Positions 37,090 to 50,917 of a stretch of DNA of 64,000 nucleotides are shown here, piece after piece; within the stretch, counting starts at the first letter, position 1; each line of letters begins with the position of its first letter. Source of the stretch: Psammoneis japonica. Taxonomy: Eukaryota. The DNA is taken from contig QPGO01000032.1 of NCBI GenBank assembly GCA_008632985.1, positions 183,330 through 247,329 on the forward strand, written 5' to 3'. Both the position numbers and the translations under genes were made by a program. The notes below the pieces were generated by a model. The model ran no database searches. It worked only from the letters and a program-made list of their open reading frames with translations, and was not told where the DNA came from.

Positions 37090-38320
37090 GCAGCACTGGC
37101 GGCGGCAGGAGCCTTTTGCTGCTTTTGCACTGGCGGCAGTTGGAGCCTGTGTGCTGCTGTCCTTTTTATCTGGTGGTGGTTGGCAGCCCTGCATGATGCT
37201 GGCACTGGTGGTGGTTAGAGCTTTTTTGCCACCAGCCAGTGGTTGCAGTGGGCAGTGGGAGCCTGTGTGTCGCTGCTGCTGTGGCACTGGTGGTGGTGGG
37301 ATCCTGCATGCTGCTGGCACTTGAGGCAGTTGGAGCCTTTTGCTGCTAGAATTGGTGGCAGCAGCAGCCTGTGTGCTGCTGCTGTAGCACTGGTGGTGGT
37401 GTGAGCCTGTGTCCTGTGTGTTTGCTGGCACTGCAGCAGTTGGAGCCTGTGCCTGGCAGCAATTGAGGTGGTTGGAGCCTTGCCATGTGGCGGTGGTGGG
37501 TGCTCCTGCATGCTGCTGGCACTGGTGGTGGTTGGAGCTTTTTTGCCACTGGCCAGTGGTTGCAGTGGGAGCTTGCACATGTCGCTGCACTGCAGCACTG
37601 GTGGCGGTGGGATCCTGTGTGCTGCTGGCACTGGAGGCAGTTGGAGCCTTTTGCCACTGGCTGGTGGCAGTGGGAGCCTGTGTGCTGCTGCTGCAGCACT
37701 GGTGGCAGTGGGAGGCTGTGTCCTGCACAGCCACTGGCACTGGTGGTGGTTGGAGCCTGTGTGCTGGCAGCAATCGAGGTGGTTGGAGCCTTGTCATGTG
37801 GTGGTGGTGGGTGCTCCTGCTGCTGCTGGCACTGGTGGTGGTTGGAGCTTTTTTGCTGCTGGCCAGTGGTTGCAGTGGGAGCCTGCATGTCGCTGCCACT
37901 GGAGCACTGGTGGCGGTGGGATCCTGTGTGCTGCTGGCACTGGAGGCGTTGGAGCCTTTTGCTGCTGGCACTGGTGGCAGTGGGAGCCTGTGTGCTGCTG
38001 CTGCAGCACTGGTGGCGGTGTGAGCCTGCATCCTGTGTGTTTGCTGGCACTGGCGGCAGTTGGAGCCTGTGCACTGGCAGCAATCGAGGCGGTTGGAGCC
38101 TTGTCATGTGGTGGTGGTGGGTGCTCCTGCATGCTGCTGGCACTGGTGGTGGTTGGAGCTTTTTTGCCACTGGCCAGTGGTTGCAGTGGGAGCCTGTGTG
38201 TCGCTGCCACTGGAGCACTGGTGGCAGTGGGAGGCTGTGTCCTGCACAGCCTGCTGGCACTGGTGGCAGTGGGAGGCTGCATCCTGCATTTGAGTGCAGC
38301 TGCTGGCAATGGCGGCGGTT
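37090..38320. repeat. Complex tandem array: short subunits (…gcactggtggcagtgggagcctgtgtgctgct…) within a ~310-bp higher-order repeat
   Basis: The anchor gcagcaat(t/c)gagg(t/c)ggttggagccttg recurs at ~37457, ~37767 and ~38077. Confidence 0.9.
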
Positions 38321-38750
38321 GGAGCCCAAATTCACCAGCAAAGCAGTTCTTGTCTCAGCAGCTGCAGCCAGTGATCGGTCGGCGAATGAACGAGCCGTGA
38401 AACGCATGAAGGCATGTGGCATGATGAGTGGTGGCATCCACCAGCGCAGGATCTTGAAATGACCGCTGACTTGTGGATTGCTTGGGGGTTTCAGTGCAGC
38501 TCAATGTCCAAACCAGTGCTTTAAATGTCAAAGTGGACGCAATGGAATGTGATCTCTTGCAAATCTCTTTCCACTCTTTCAACGACGGTTCTTCACACCG
38601 GTGCGAAAAGAGCATCGCCGCAGATTTTGACCTCCGATGCCTGGTGACGGACGGACAGTGCAACCAAGTTTTCCAAATCTCCACAGTCCATTGTTTGTAA
38701 ATTTTGTTTATTCACATGCCTTTTTGTGTTCTAAGTCGTGAGGGCTGTTG

Positions 38751-38840
38751 ATGACTTGTGATGACTTTTGATCACTTTTGATGACTTTTGATCACTTGCA
38801 ATTACTTGTGATTGCTTGTGGTTGCTTTGTGATTGCTTGT
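38751..38840. repeat. 10-bp minisatellite, TA-depleted copy
   Basis: atgacttgtg atgacttttg atcacttttg … attgcttgtg; preceded by agggctgttg. Confidence 0.85.
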
Positions 38841-39650
38841 CCCCACTCCCAGCATGAACCATGCAGTGGTTCACCGCGCGAAATCACGAATGCGCGCGAT
38901 TCCTGCCCTGAACCATGAAGTGGTTCGCGGCAAGCCAAAAATGAACCGACAGACGATGGGCAAAAGTGCAAAAGACAATGAGACATGTGTGATGACTTTG
39001 CATCAGTCGACACAGCAAAGTCTGTTTGACAACATCTGTGCTTTGTTTTGGTGGTTAACTATGTTCTTAAAAGTCTCCGTGCTGCTGCCGTCTTGTTCAT
39101 CATGAGCCTCATTTTTCTGGTTCGATTTTTCATTCGACCCTCTGGTGCAAATCACACGTGTGTTTCTGCGCTCGTCCTCCCGAACCACCTCATGGTTCGC
39201 CAATTCTATGGGGCTCCTGGCGTTTGTCTACGCAGCGAACCTTCCAATGGTTCAACATTTTTTTGGTGCCACTCGCTACGGTGGTTTCTACGGGGTGAGA
39301 AAATCACCGCCAACGACCATGACGGCAATTTGACGGCGACCGTGCTCCAACACGAGTGGCGGCTGACAACACAACGCATTGATGACAATGGCTTTTTGCC
39401 TCTATTAACAAGTTATTTACTGGGAGGTACTGCTTTGTTTGGTCAGTGGCGAGTTTCACGCTGTGCAAGTTGCGAACCACTGAGTGGTTCGATTTTTTGC
39501 CCGAGTGGGGTTATGATTACTTTAGAAAGTCGAGTGTATGTGCGGTTCCCGTGCGAAGGACAGCCAGCTGTCTGTCTTGTGCATAAATGTCACGTTAACG
39601 GTCAGATTTGAAGGGCTGTTGTGTCAGTTTGTCTGTAGACATTTGTCTTG

Positions 39651-39800
39651 ATTACTTATGATGACTTATGATTACTTGTGATTACTTATGATGACTTATG
39701 ATTACTTATGATGACTTGTGATGACTTATGATTACTTTTGATTACTTTTGATTACCACTTGTGACCACTTATGATTACTTTTATGATTGCTTATGATCAG
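39651..39800. repeat. 10-bp minisatellite (ATKACTTATG)n, TA-retaining copy
   Basis: attacttatg atgacttatg attacttgtg…; agggctgttg also lies shortly upstream (39612). Confidence 0.9.
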
Positions 39801-41179
39801 TCGACGTCTTGCCGCGACCAACTCTTAATTGACATTTCACGATTAAAAACATTGGCGATTTGGCGAGCATAGAATGTGTCTTATCGCTAAAAAGCAATGT
39901 GAACCTTCATAACATTCACATATGTTTAGTCCGTTGGGTTCATATAAACACACAAAGCAGTGAAAATTCGCGGACGGTGCAGTGGCACGGTCGCGGCGTG
40001 ATACCTCGCGGGGCGGCTCGTCATGTGTAACTACGAAATGGTCATATGTGTAACTACGATCCGTCACAACAATTAACAAATTATGACAAAAAAGGTCATT
40101 TCGGTCATTGCATGAGTGTTTGAAAAATCAGATGAGAAAACAACAGACATGAATGTAAGATAAATCGTGGGTGTTTTACGCGCACAAACCACCAAAATCA
40201 GTTCACTGACCATGACAACCACAGCCGCCGCGTCTCAAAGCACAATCACCCCTGCATCACACTCGCCCAGCATAAACTGTGCATGCATCACACACGATTG
40301 CCTGCTCTGCATTGGATGCGCCACAGTCTCCGACGGTTGGCCAACATCAGACCTTGAGCTGCTGGTTGCCGCTGCAGCCTTCAAACCTCCAGAGCTTTCT
40401 CGTTTCTCGTTGACACCACCTTCCATCCTGCAGAGTCCCTCGCCAAACGTCTCAACACCATGGCTGCTCTTGGTCTTTGCCTGGGTCACTTCAGCACTTT
40501 CGCGAAATCTTCACAGGCCTGTTTTGGTTTTGATGCGATCAGCTGGAAGACAGAGTGCACAGTGAGCACTTCGTTTGCAAAGTGCACAAGAAACAGCTTC
40601 TTCACCACTGATGTCTCACCTTTTGCTGTGGCTCCACTTTCGTTGAATGTTCTCATGGTGCTGCAATTGCGGCTTGCACTCAACTCGTTCAAAAATGCAA
40701 GAAATGAATGATCGTCTGAGCCAGTTTGGCATTTTTTTGAACGAGTTGCACGCCTGTCTGACATTTTTGTGTTTTGCACAACCCCAGCATTGGCGCTTCT
40801 GTTTAAGAGCTCATTGCCAAATCACAAGCTGCTCAGGCTGTTCAATCGCTCATTTTCAATGTTCTTTCTGGAGGATGTAGAAAGCCAATCTTCGTCAACG
40901 GACTGGATTCAAAATTTTCCTGGAAATGCAAAACAAAGTGCAGCCACAGCATTTGTTTCAACTGTCAAAAATGTGCTACAATGATGGTTTCTGTGGGATT
41001 CTGCATTGGTGGGAAAATTTGGTTTTTGGCGGGAAACTTCCCTCCGACGTGGCCGCGATTTGCTGTCCGCAGCCTCCCGCCTCCTCTCCTTTTTAGTTTG
41101 CTCCCCACAATTCTTTGTTTCTGGCCATGTTGCATGGTCTCTTGCATGCATTTGCAATTGGCTCCTTTTGGTCCGTCAT

Positions 41180-44100
41180 GCCCATGGCGGGAAGCCTCCA
41201 CTGCCGTCTCCTGGGACCAGGATCGAGAAGGTGGCAAGACGCGTTCCAGCTCTGGGTGGGACCTCCAGTGCTGAACTGTGACATCAACGGTTTTTTGGAT
41301 CGTGCCGCATGTCGCGCATGGATGGCTGCATGTGATGTTCTACGAAATTGTTTCACACTTCCTATTTTGCGAAGCCAAAGGCTTTCCATTTTCAACATTG
41401 TGACAATGAAAACATGCTGGGTGTGTTCTTAATGTCTGTAGAATGCCCATGCAAACTGTTGTTCATGTGCTACAAGTGTGAAGGAGGAGATGCATTCATA
41501 AAATTGCCTCTTTTTCTGTTGTGATCATTTGCATTTTAATTGATCAATGATTTTAACACAGAGCTCGCACGCAGAAGTCTGCGGGCCCAATGTCACAGGG
41601 AGTCCCACCTGGGATTGGAACCTGTCGCAACCGGGATGGCTGCGGTCGTGGCCGGGATGCTTGCCTCAATGTTGTGGCACGCAAGGTTGCCACAGAGCCA
41701 AGAGATTTTCTCTCTCCGCAAACCAAGGCATTCCTGGAGAGAGTCGACTTTGTCACAGATTCATCGGATCTCATGCCATCTCCCAAAGCCGAGCAACTCG
41801 TTGCCTCGGTTTGTGACGACTTTGTGAACCAACGTGCCAAACGAAGCATCACGGGAAAAGATTCCTGCCCTGCTCCCAATGCTGTGCAAACAGAGCAAGC
41901 CGAAAAGGATGGTGCACCCCGCTCTGCATCCAAGACAGTTTCGGCTTCTGCCTCTGCCAACGATTCGAGCGTGACTCTCGAGTCGCACCCGGGAGATTTG
42001 TTCCCATCCTTCGCAGCTGCCCGACATTGTCTTGGTCCCGACACTAAAGCCGACCGCAATGACAACAATGTCAAGAAGAAGAACAATCCATCAATTCCTG
42101 TGGTCAGCAAGTTCAGCTGCAAAAATCCAGGTTGTCACTTCAAAGCAAACATTGTTGCTTCTCCGTCGACCAGCCCCTGCAAGTTGCAAGTGATCTGTGG
42201 CCACAACGGCCACCATCTCCAAACTTGGCGGGACCACATTCTCTCCAAAGGTTCACGTGGTCTTCCTCCATTGGCGAAACTGCACATGCAGCTCATGATG
42301 GAAAATGACCCTAACGCTCCACCAAAGGACATGCAGAGAAAAACTGTGGATCACTTTTCATCATTGGAAGATGCATCTGCATCCAAGTTGTTCGAAACGC
42401 AGGAGCTCCGAGACAAGGTTTCTAACAAGATTTGCCACTGCATCACACAGAGATGACAAGAGGCAGCAACACCAGCACACCCGGCATCAGAAATCTCTGT
42501 GGATGACGGCAAATGGTCTGGCACAAAAATCTCGTACACACAAGACTTGGTTGCACATTGTCGCAAATGGTGTTTGCAGATTCCAGAGGGTTTTGATGCG
42601 GAGCCCGTTTCTTCTGAAGTCCACATGAAAGAAGGTGAAATGGCTGCACGAGAGGGGTGTAAAAGGCAAGCGCAAGAGCAAAAATGGGGTGCCACACACG
42701 GACATGTTCTGCTTGCTCCAACCAGATGAGTTGCCCTGCAAAATCAAGCAACGGTTGACGGAACTGCAATCCAAGTTGGAAGAAAGGCACCAAAGAAGAA
42801 AAGGCCCAAAGTGTCCATTCCTTAAAGCAAGGGACAACATGGTGGCATTTTCCTCTCTTGGGCTCTTGCAAAACATCTGTGATTGTCGCGAACTGGAGTG
42901 CCGTGTGGTTGGCACAATGGACGGAACTCATGGTGTTGTTTGCAATGACTTCATTCTCATCGTATTTGGCGTGAGCAATTTTTCAAAATGAGAGAAAACC
43001 AGAAAGCATTGCTGCTCAAGCACGTTCAAGCTAATCTGCTGCTGCTTGACCACCGGAGAGCATGAAGAAGGTGCGCTGTTGATGTTCTTGTCCTTGCAAA
43101 AGGCAGCGGCGGACTTGTTTGGCACAATCGACTTGGAGTTTGCAGGCAGACTTTGTTTGGATCACTCTCGTGCTTTCTCGAATGCTTTTAAACTGTTGCA
43201 CCCGACAATCCCCGAGGGACATGCTGTCCTCACATTCTCCGCAAGTTCCGCACTGATCACCACTGGAAAGCAAATGGACAGCCCAGAAATGCCTGAAGGA
43301 TGCAACGTTCCTGTCGAGAGTGGCCATCCATGACGTGAGGATGCTCCATGGTGCAAAACTCCAGAATTGTTTCATTCAATGTCTGGGATGGTTCTTGATT
43401 CTTGGAGGAGGGCAGGGGAAACCAAATTGGCTGATGTCTTTGCAGAACAGCACATCAATGACAAAGACTTTGCCAACTGGCGATGCACGTCTTTTGGAGC
43501 CCGGTTTGGTTCCACAGAACAACTCTCACAAGAGGTGCATCTGCCATTGTCACAAACATTTCGTTTCTAAACTTGGTTGTTTGCTCACACTGCACTGCTC
43601 ACTGCAGGATGAATCTCGAGATGAAGGGTTCGCAATCATCAATGGCTTGATTCCCCTGGGCATCACCCTGTCGCGTGCGCTGAATGTCACCCTTCCATGA
43701 TGGTCCACACCCACACACTAGAGAGATCCACTGTTTCCAGGAATTGGAGGATGTTGGACGAAGACAAAACGCTGCCAACAATGTGTTGGTTGACATCAAC
43801 CGAATGGATCCAAAACAAGACATTGCTCCGTATGAAGGCGGTGCCTTGTCAACACTCAAGACTGCGTTGGGGATGCAATTGACAAAGTTCGAATCATGGA
43901 CCACCACAGCGCGTTAAAAGGGTTCCCGCATGGAGAAGCGGCTTTGTCCCACAAGTCGCTCCACAAACTGACCACTGGATTTTGCAAAGTGACGGTGAGA
44001 GAGTTGGCCGATGGCACAAAACTCTATGTTGGAGACTGCGAGGAATTTTACAAAACAATGAAGTGTCCGCATGCTGCCATCCTTCAACATGCCGACGTCA

Positions 44101-44320
44101 CAGAATCACGGTCCACAAAATTGCCCACCAGAAAACGCACCAGACAAGAGCAAACAGACCAAATGAAGATTGACGTGAAGCTTGTGAAGAAGAAAGCAAG
44201 AAGAAATGGAAGATGGCACCACAACCTTCACCGCAGTTGCACACCCCATGATTTCCCCGGCTGCATGGCCCGTTGCTCAGTCTGGTTTGTCCTTGTTGTT
44301 TCCAACATCTGCTCTGCCAT
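41180..44320 (+). pseudogene. Mutator (MULE) transposase relic with N-terminal Zn finger and C-terminal SWIM
   Basis: SCKNPGCHFKA…GHNGH (WRKY/GCM1-type finger), TMDGTHGVVCNDFILIVFG and CLDHSRAFSNAF (MULE DDE core), VGDCEEFYKTMKCPH (SWIM-like). Broken by stops and frameshifts. Confidence 0.8.
41238..41626 (+). mobile_element. ~390-bp MITE (subfamily B), TSD GCAA
   Basis: GACGCGTTCCAG…TTGGAACCTGTC flanked by GCAA/GCAA. Interrupts the 5' part of the MULE ORF. Confidence 0.92.
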
Positions 44321-44399
44321 TTGAAATGACTGTTCTGCTGGCAAATCCGTCCGCACGTCAAGGGGCATTCCAACCAACTGTTCAACCACCTTTTGCCAT

Positions 44400-47300
44400 G
44401 CACACTGCATTCATGTCCAACAAAGCCCACCTTGGGAGAGTTGCTGCCTTTGTGTTGTTTGTCAACATGGAGTGCAGGGTTGTCTGTGCTCGTGTCACTG
44501 TCAGTGTGGTGGAGCTTGAGAGGTTGGCATGCCGGTGGAAGAGATGGAACTGAAAACGGAAGCACTGGCAACAAATGCATTTCACAATCAAATGATTTGA
44601 GCCACAGACCCAACATTGAAATTAGTTCAAACAGTTGCCGACAAATCCATTCACATCCTTGCCACCACCAGAGGTTGCAGCACCAATCCTTTTTCCTCCG
44701 ACAAAACGCACATGTGCTGTGGGTTCTTTCTGGCAACTGAATCATGACACACAAGGGCCACTGCTTTCATGCTGGAAATGTTTTGCTTTCGGTTGGCAAG
44801 CGGCAACAGCAGCACAAACTCCCTTGTGCAACGAAGACACTTCCACAACCAAGAACGCCCGTAGCCGAAGTTGGTGTCAAACAGCAAGTGCAACAAAAAA
44901 GCTGTTGATGCGTCAGCTTTGCTGTTGTGCGAAGGCTGGTGTTTGCTTTTCAATCCAGCTGGAGGCAGACAATGACGATGGACATCATCCATGCCGTCAA
45001 CAACAATGCTGCGCCGAACAGCATAGGCAACCGCCATCCTCGGTGCACTTGGTCTTCATCGCCGAGCGCAATTCCTTGCTGCTCTTCATTCCAAGGCAAT
45101 CAACTGCCATGAAACTCATGACATCTGGCAATGGAAGATGGTGGTTTTTGTTCAGCAAAGTCTGAACCACAGCAACGGGATCAAACATGGTTTTGTCGGA
45201 GTGCAACTTTGATTGTTCCAATTTTGATCGTTCCTTGTCAGATGTCTTGGCTTCAACTGTAAACTCCAAGTTCTTCCTTGTGGCAACCTTGCAACAAACG
45301 AACATGATTTGACAGACGAATTGAAGGCAGTGCACCATGATGGATGACAGTGGTTGTCAGATGCACCCGGTTGGGCACAGTTCTTGCGGACATGCTTGGC
45401 AGCCAGTGCCAAGTTTGAAGGGTGGTGAACGATCATTGGAACTTTTCCTGCACCGCACTTGCACTTAAACAGATCGCACCCTTCGATGTGACTGTCACTG
45501 CCACCTGCGACAGTGTTGTGACTGTCCTTGGGGAACAAACACAGACACTCCTCAGCCTCTAGCCACGCAATGCGCAGTGCCGCCGACACGGCTGCAACTG
45601 TCTGACACAGTTGATCCTTTTGTTCGATGTTGATGCCAAGCTGGACGTGTTCCAGCTCTGGGTGTGACCTCGCACTGCTGAACTGTGACACAATTGTTTT
45701 TTGTCATCCGTCGCATGTTTCGCACGCACATTTCTACGTGTTCCATTGTAAAAAATTGTTCCACACTGCCTGTTTTGCGAAGCCAAAGGCTTTCTGTTGT
45801 CTGCACTTGTGTCAATAAAAATGCGCTGGGTGTGTTCTTTAATGTCTAAAGAACACACCCGGGCATGCTGCAAAGAATGTGCTTCAAGTGTGGAGGAGGA
45901 GACACGTTCGCAAAATTGCCTCTTTTTCTGTTGGCGATCATTCATGTGTCCATTGCTTGACAATTTTACTGCGGAGCTCGCACGTGGAATTCTGCGGGCC
46001 CAATGTCACAAAAAGTCCCACCTGGGACTGGAACCCGTCGCTGCCTGAACTTCTTTGTGGATTGTTCGCTGCCTGGCAGATGCAAATCAACAATTCCGAG
46101 ATCATGCTGCTTGTTGTTGCCGACAAAAGTGAGAATTAACTTCTGTGTTTTCAACTTGTCACTGGAGTGAAACGAATTGGAGGCTTCCTTCACCAACTTT
46201 TGATGCTTTGTTGACGTTGTCTCTTTGCCGCGATGCAATGACATGATTTGAAAAAAGCTGCAAATGGATCTGTCATGGGTTGTGTCCAAAACCAGTTGGC
46301 TGTTGCTGCTTTGGTGTCGAATGCCGCCCACGCTGGCAGATCCATCTGGCTGGGCATTTCCGTCAACACTGGGACAGTGCACTCCCAGCCACCGTCGAAA
46401 ACCATTGGAAAATCCATTTGGCAACGGATTTGATTTCGTTTTCCTCCATGCATCCAAATGCTCAGTTCCAAAATGATGAAAATGTTCAATGTTGTTCGTT
46501 TGAGCAGTGGCAGCAACACAAGTGTCTGCAAGCAGGCATTCGGACATTCGTTCACGATGCTCGTTGTGCAAATGACTTGACATCTTGTGGACGAGGTCAA
46601 ACACCAGGGACAAGCCAACCAGTGGATTCAAGTGGATGCGGTCCCTGCGGCACACAGCGCCAGGAGGACAATGGGTGTCGGGTGCAATTTCTCGATGCGG
46701 CAACGGCACCTTCTGGTGACGATCGACTGACAAACGGACAGCCTTGTCCATCTCCCACATTCGATGGCAGCAGTTTGCATTTGAGCCCTTCCAAAAGGCA
46801 GTGACCGGAAGTGACACATTTGCGCGCAACACTTCACAGTGGAAATGTGTCCACACACTCATCAGCGGAGTCCACTTCTTGCAGCCAAAGCCGTCAATGT
46901 GGTGGAGCAGGTGCGGAGGTGGGTTGATGCTTCCGTCGAACTTGTGTGTCATTGGAACAAAAGACATGCACTCGTTGAAGACATCTTCATGCATTTGTCT
47001 GGCAAATTCGTTCAGATGTTTGGGACACTGTGATTGTCAATGATGGGAACTCAGGGAAAAGCTGCCGCCCAAACATCCTCAAATGACTGACCAACCTTGG
47101 CCATTGGAGGAGCATGTCGCTTGGTGCCCTTGTTGAACTGTGGCACCGATGCGCCATTCTCTCCTCTCACTCCATTGTGGTTGCCACCGGATCCAACCGC
47201 AACTTCACGATTGCCTCGCTCTCCGGTGACAGGGACCTGATGTAGACCTGGAGACCCTGGTTTCTCTCCAAGGCAGAAATCCCGCCACACTTCCTGCAGT

Positions 47301-48700
47301 CCAAGCAAGCACACACAAGGACACCATTCATCGTCATCCACAACTGCCGCAACTCATTGATTGCCACATGCAACGGCATGCAGACGTCCTGGTTGCAAAG
47401 AAGTTACATCGACACCAAGACGACTGGCCTCTGACAGGTGGCATGTTCGGTCCTCCAGTCTAACCTCACCATGGGGATTGCAGTGAGGCTTGGTCATCAC
47501 AGCTAGTCCAGTGTGCCCTCGTGGAAACAGCAACGCCATGTCAGGGTCTGGAAGAATGAAGTGCTCACCCAGATGCTTCGCTTTGAGCGCAGTGGACGGT
47601 GGGTCCTTGTTTCGCATCTGGATGGAGAACAGAGCTTTCCAAAAATGTGCCGAGTCTTCGTCGCAACAAGCAATGGAAATGTCCTTGCAGGAGACACTTG
47701 GCTTTTTGGAGGAAGCGCAATCAATTGCTTGGCAGCACCTTTGGACATTTGCATGGTGAGATGCCAGGAGAGATTGATGTCCCTCGCATTGGGCCTGCAA
47801 CGCAGGAGGGGCAGCTTCTTCTGAGTCAGTAGAATCGCAGGAGTCGTCAGCTGCATCCAAGGGATCAAATGTGCAGGACTCGTCGTCACTGAAAAAGGAA
47901 GTCCAGACATGCACCGGAGGGCCAAACCATGCTTCTACAATGGGCGACGAAGGGGCAGACGCAGAATTCTCGCGGGCTCTTCGTGGACTTGTGTTGCATT
48001 TTGTGGACAAGGAAGAAGAGGATGATGTAGAATCGCAGCCAGAAGCAGACAGAGCAAATCCACAAGGACGCTTAAAAGGGTGACTTGACAAAAGGGACCA
48101 GATGAAGATCGCTTTGTTCCAACAAGAGACACATCATCACATCTCGACCGGGTCGACATGACAGGTGCAGACATGATCAATGGAGCCAGACAAGAAATGG
48201 AGGAACTGACACTTGATGAACCAGAAATGTTGGCAGCTTGGTGTCCGACGTTGTTCTTGGGATGCCAATGAGAATGATGATTGGATGATGAATTGTTTGC
48301 CATCACAGGAGAACCAGTGGCAGAGGGGCTGGCAAGACTCGTGGAAGCAGCGGGAGCACTCCCAGCACTGGCAGGAGATTGGTTTCGGTCACTCCAGCAA
48401 GAACGACTGTTGGATGCCACAGGCAGGTGTCCGACACTCCAGCAAGAACGATGATTGGATGCTGGAGGATCACTCACAATCATGGGAGAACCATTGGCTG
48501 ATGGGCTGGCAGCAGCCGGGGAAGTTGCAGCAGCAAGCCCAGAAATGGCGGTGTCTTGGTTTTGGTCCATCCAGCAAGAATGACAAATGTTGGCCATCAG
48601 GGGGGAACCAGCGGTGGATGGGCTGGCAGAAGATGCCGGAGATGCAACAGCGAGACCAGGGTGGTGGGGCTTGAGTGGCAGGTCCCATCATGAATGCCAT
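44400..48700 (-). pseudogene. Decayed long ORF convergent with the MULE transposase (probable TE accessory gene, function unknown)
   Basis: Successive minus-strand ORF pieces (47354-48091, 45966-46994, 45152-45691, 44651-45037) with protein-like composition, split by a MITE. No family recognised. Confidence 0.4.
45644..46039 (+). mobile_element. ~400-bp MITE (subfamily B), TSD GCTG
   Basis: GACGTGTTCCAG…CTGGAACCCGTC flanked by GCTG/GCTG. Confidence 0.95.
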
Positions 48701-49026
48701 TTAAAATGATTCGCATGGGTTGGGGCGCCGCAGCAGTCACTCATTGCGCTGTCCCAAACGTCGCATTCGCAACAATAAAAAAAGATGCAAACAGCAAGGA
48801 ATGGAAATGAGCACAGAATGAAAAAAGGAAGAGAACTCGCAAAGGACAGAGCAAAGAGAACAAGAAGCAAGAGCAAAGAGAAAAAAAAAAAAGAAAACAG
48901 AAAGAGAGCAAGCAAGAAGAAGAAGCGAGACAAAGAAACGAAAAGAGAGCAAGCAAGGGGGAGAAGGAAGAGCAATGAAGAGAGAACAAAAAAGGGAACA
49001 AGAACAGCCAAACCGGCACCAGCAGT

Positions 49027-49770
49027 GCAAAAGCATTGATGGCGCCGGTGTCAACAGGAACAAAAACAGAACGAAGAGAGAACAAAAAAGAAAAAGAGAA
49101 TGGCTGCAGCGGCGCCAACTGTGCAAAAGCATTGATGGTGCCAGCATTGACAGGAACAAAAACAGAACGAAGAGAGAACAAAAAAGAGAAGGAGAATGGC
49201 TGCACCGGCGCCAACCATGCAAAAGCATTGATGGCACCGGCATCAACCAGAACAGCTGCACCGGTGCACAACCATGCAAAAGCACTGATGGCGCTGGTGT
49301 CAACAGGAACAAAAACAGAACCAAGAGAGAACAAAAAAGAGAAGGAGAAGGGCTGCACTGGTGCCAACCGTGCAAAAGCATTGATGGCACCGGTGTCAAC
49401 CAGAATGGCTGCACCGGTGCACAACCGTACAAAAGCATTGATGGCGCCGGCATCAACAGGAACAAAAACAGAACGAAGAGAGAACAAAAAAGAGAAGGAG
49501 AAGGGCTGCACCGGCGCCAACCGCACAAAAGCATTGATGGCGCCGGCATCAACCAGAATGGCTGCCCAGCGCACAACCGCACAAAAGCATTGATGGCGCC
49601 GTCATCAACCAGAACAGCTGCAACGGCGCCAACCGCACAAAAGCGTTGATGGCGCCAGCATCAACAGGAACTGGATGGGGCGAATCATGCCTGAGTAGAG
49701 TGAAAGAGACAAAGGAACAGAAACGTCGCATTGTGAGGATCAGGTGAGGCAAAAAGCATTGATGGCACAG
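49027..49770. repeat. Tandem array built on aaaagcattgatggcgccggcatcaac with long and short unit variants
   Basis: The motif aaaagcattgatgg recurs about 10 times. Long units carry aggaacaaaaacagaacgaagagagaacaaaaaagagaaggagaa. Confidence 0.9.
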
Positions 49771-50917
49771 GCAGCAACAGGAATTGGACAGGGTGCATCA
49801 TGCCTGAGCAGAGCAAAAGAGAGAAAGGAACAACAAACAACAACGGCAACAAGAAACGTCGCGTTGTGCGGATTTGGTGAGGCAAAGATGCGGTGTGCGG
49901 TGGGATCAAAAGTGATGGGATCCGCTGCAGCAAAACTCAACTGGTTTGCACCACTGCGGCAGATCCAATCTCCAACGGATGATCGCCAACGGAAAATGTG
50001 AACAGAAATGCAAACATTCATGAACATCAATTTTGGCGAACGAAAGCGTCAAAAGGCATTGTCAAGATGTGCGCAAAATTGTGTAAAAAACAGCACTGGG
50101 GAAACAATTGGAGGACATCAATGTCAATCATCTTTGCACAAATGTGAGCCAAAGACACTTGTTTAAAAGAAAATTTGTCCATCATGTGCTTTTTTACACA
50201 AATTGTAAGAATGCACTGGCATTCCTCACCAAAATGACTGTTGACAAATTGGCCCTCGGGTTTGGAGTCATTTTGTGCACTTTGTGCAACTGCGCGACCC
50301 GTGGATGCACAGAAGCAGCCGCGGCGCAGTTCCTGCCAATCGGCCGGCCTGGCTCCAGGCAGGACAGCAACCGCCTTCCATGCGTGGCGTGCCCAGCGCG
50401 TCGCCCCCGGGCCGGGGTGCAACGGATCACGCATGGGCTCAAGTTCAAGAAACAGGCTGGCATGTTGCTTCAACAGAAAAATCTTTAACGTGCATCATTT
50501 GAGATGATTTTATGTGTGCCGATTTGTGACCTTTTTGGCGAATGTTTGGTCCGTCATCTGTCCGGTCAGATTGTTGATTTTCATGACCTCTCATGCCTTT
50601 TTCACTGTGACAAAGCACTGCACGATGGCGCCGTCACGCCGTCACGATTTTGAGCACAATGGAAGGTGGGGCATCGGTCGCCGACGATTGCATTGTTCCC
50701 TTTTGATGCGTTAAAGGCTTGAACATGTCATCAGCAACTGATGCCCCACCTTCCTTCATTGTGAAAATGCCGTCTCTTTTGCGCCATGGCCGCACCGCGA
50801 TCTTGCGAGTGATGACAAGGTGGCAGATCTTTACGTGATTCAGTGCTCATCATTTGAATTTCCAATTTTCTCACACCAACATCATCAACCGTCATCTTCG
50901 TTCGTGTGGTCTAGCCA

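Noticed and set aside
37048..38462. Long Ala/Thr/Pro- or Trp/Cys-rich ORFs suggesting a mucin or adhesin
   Set aside because: Open in several frames on both strands because the tandem array lacks TA. No start or signal context supports one frame.
49027..49770. CRISPR-like array
   Set aside because: The intervening segments are themselves repeated rather than unique spacers, there are no cas genes, and the context is eukaryotic TE DNA.
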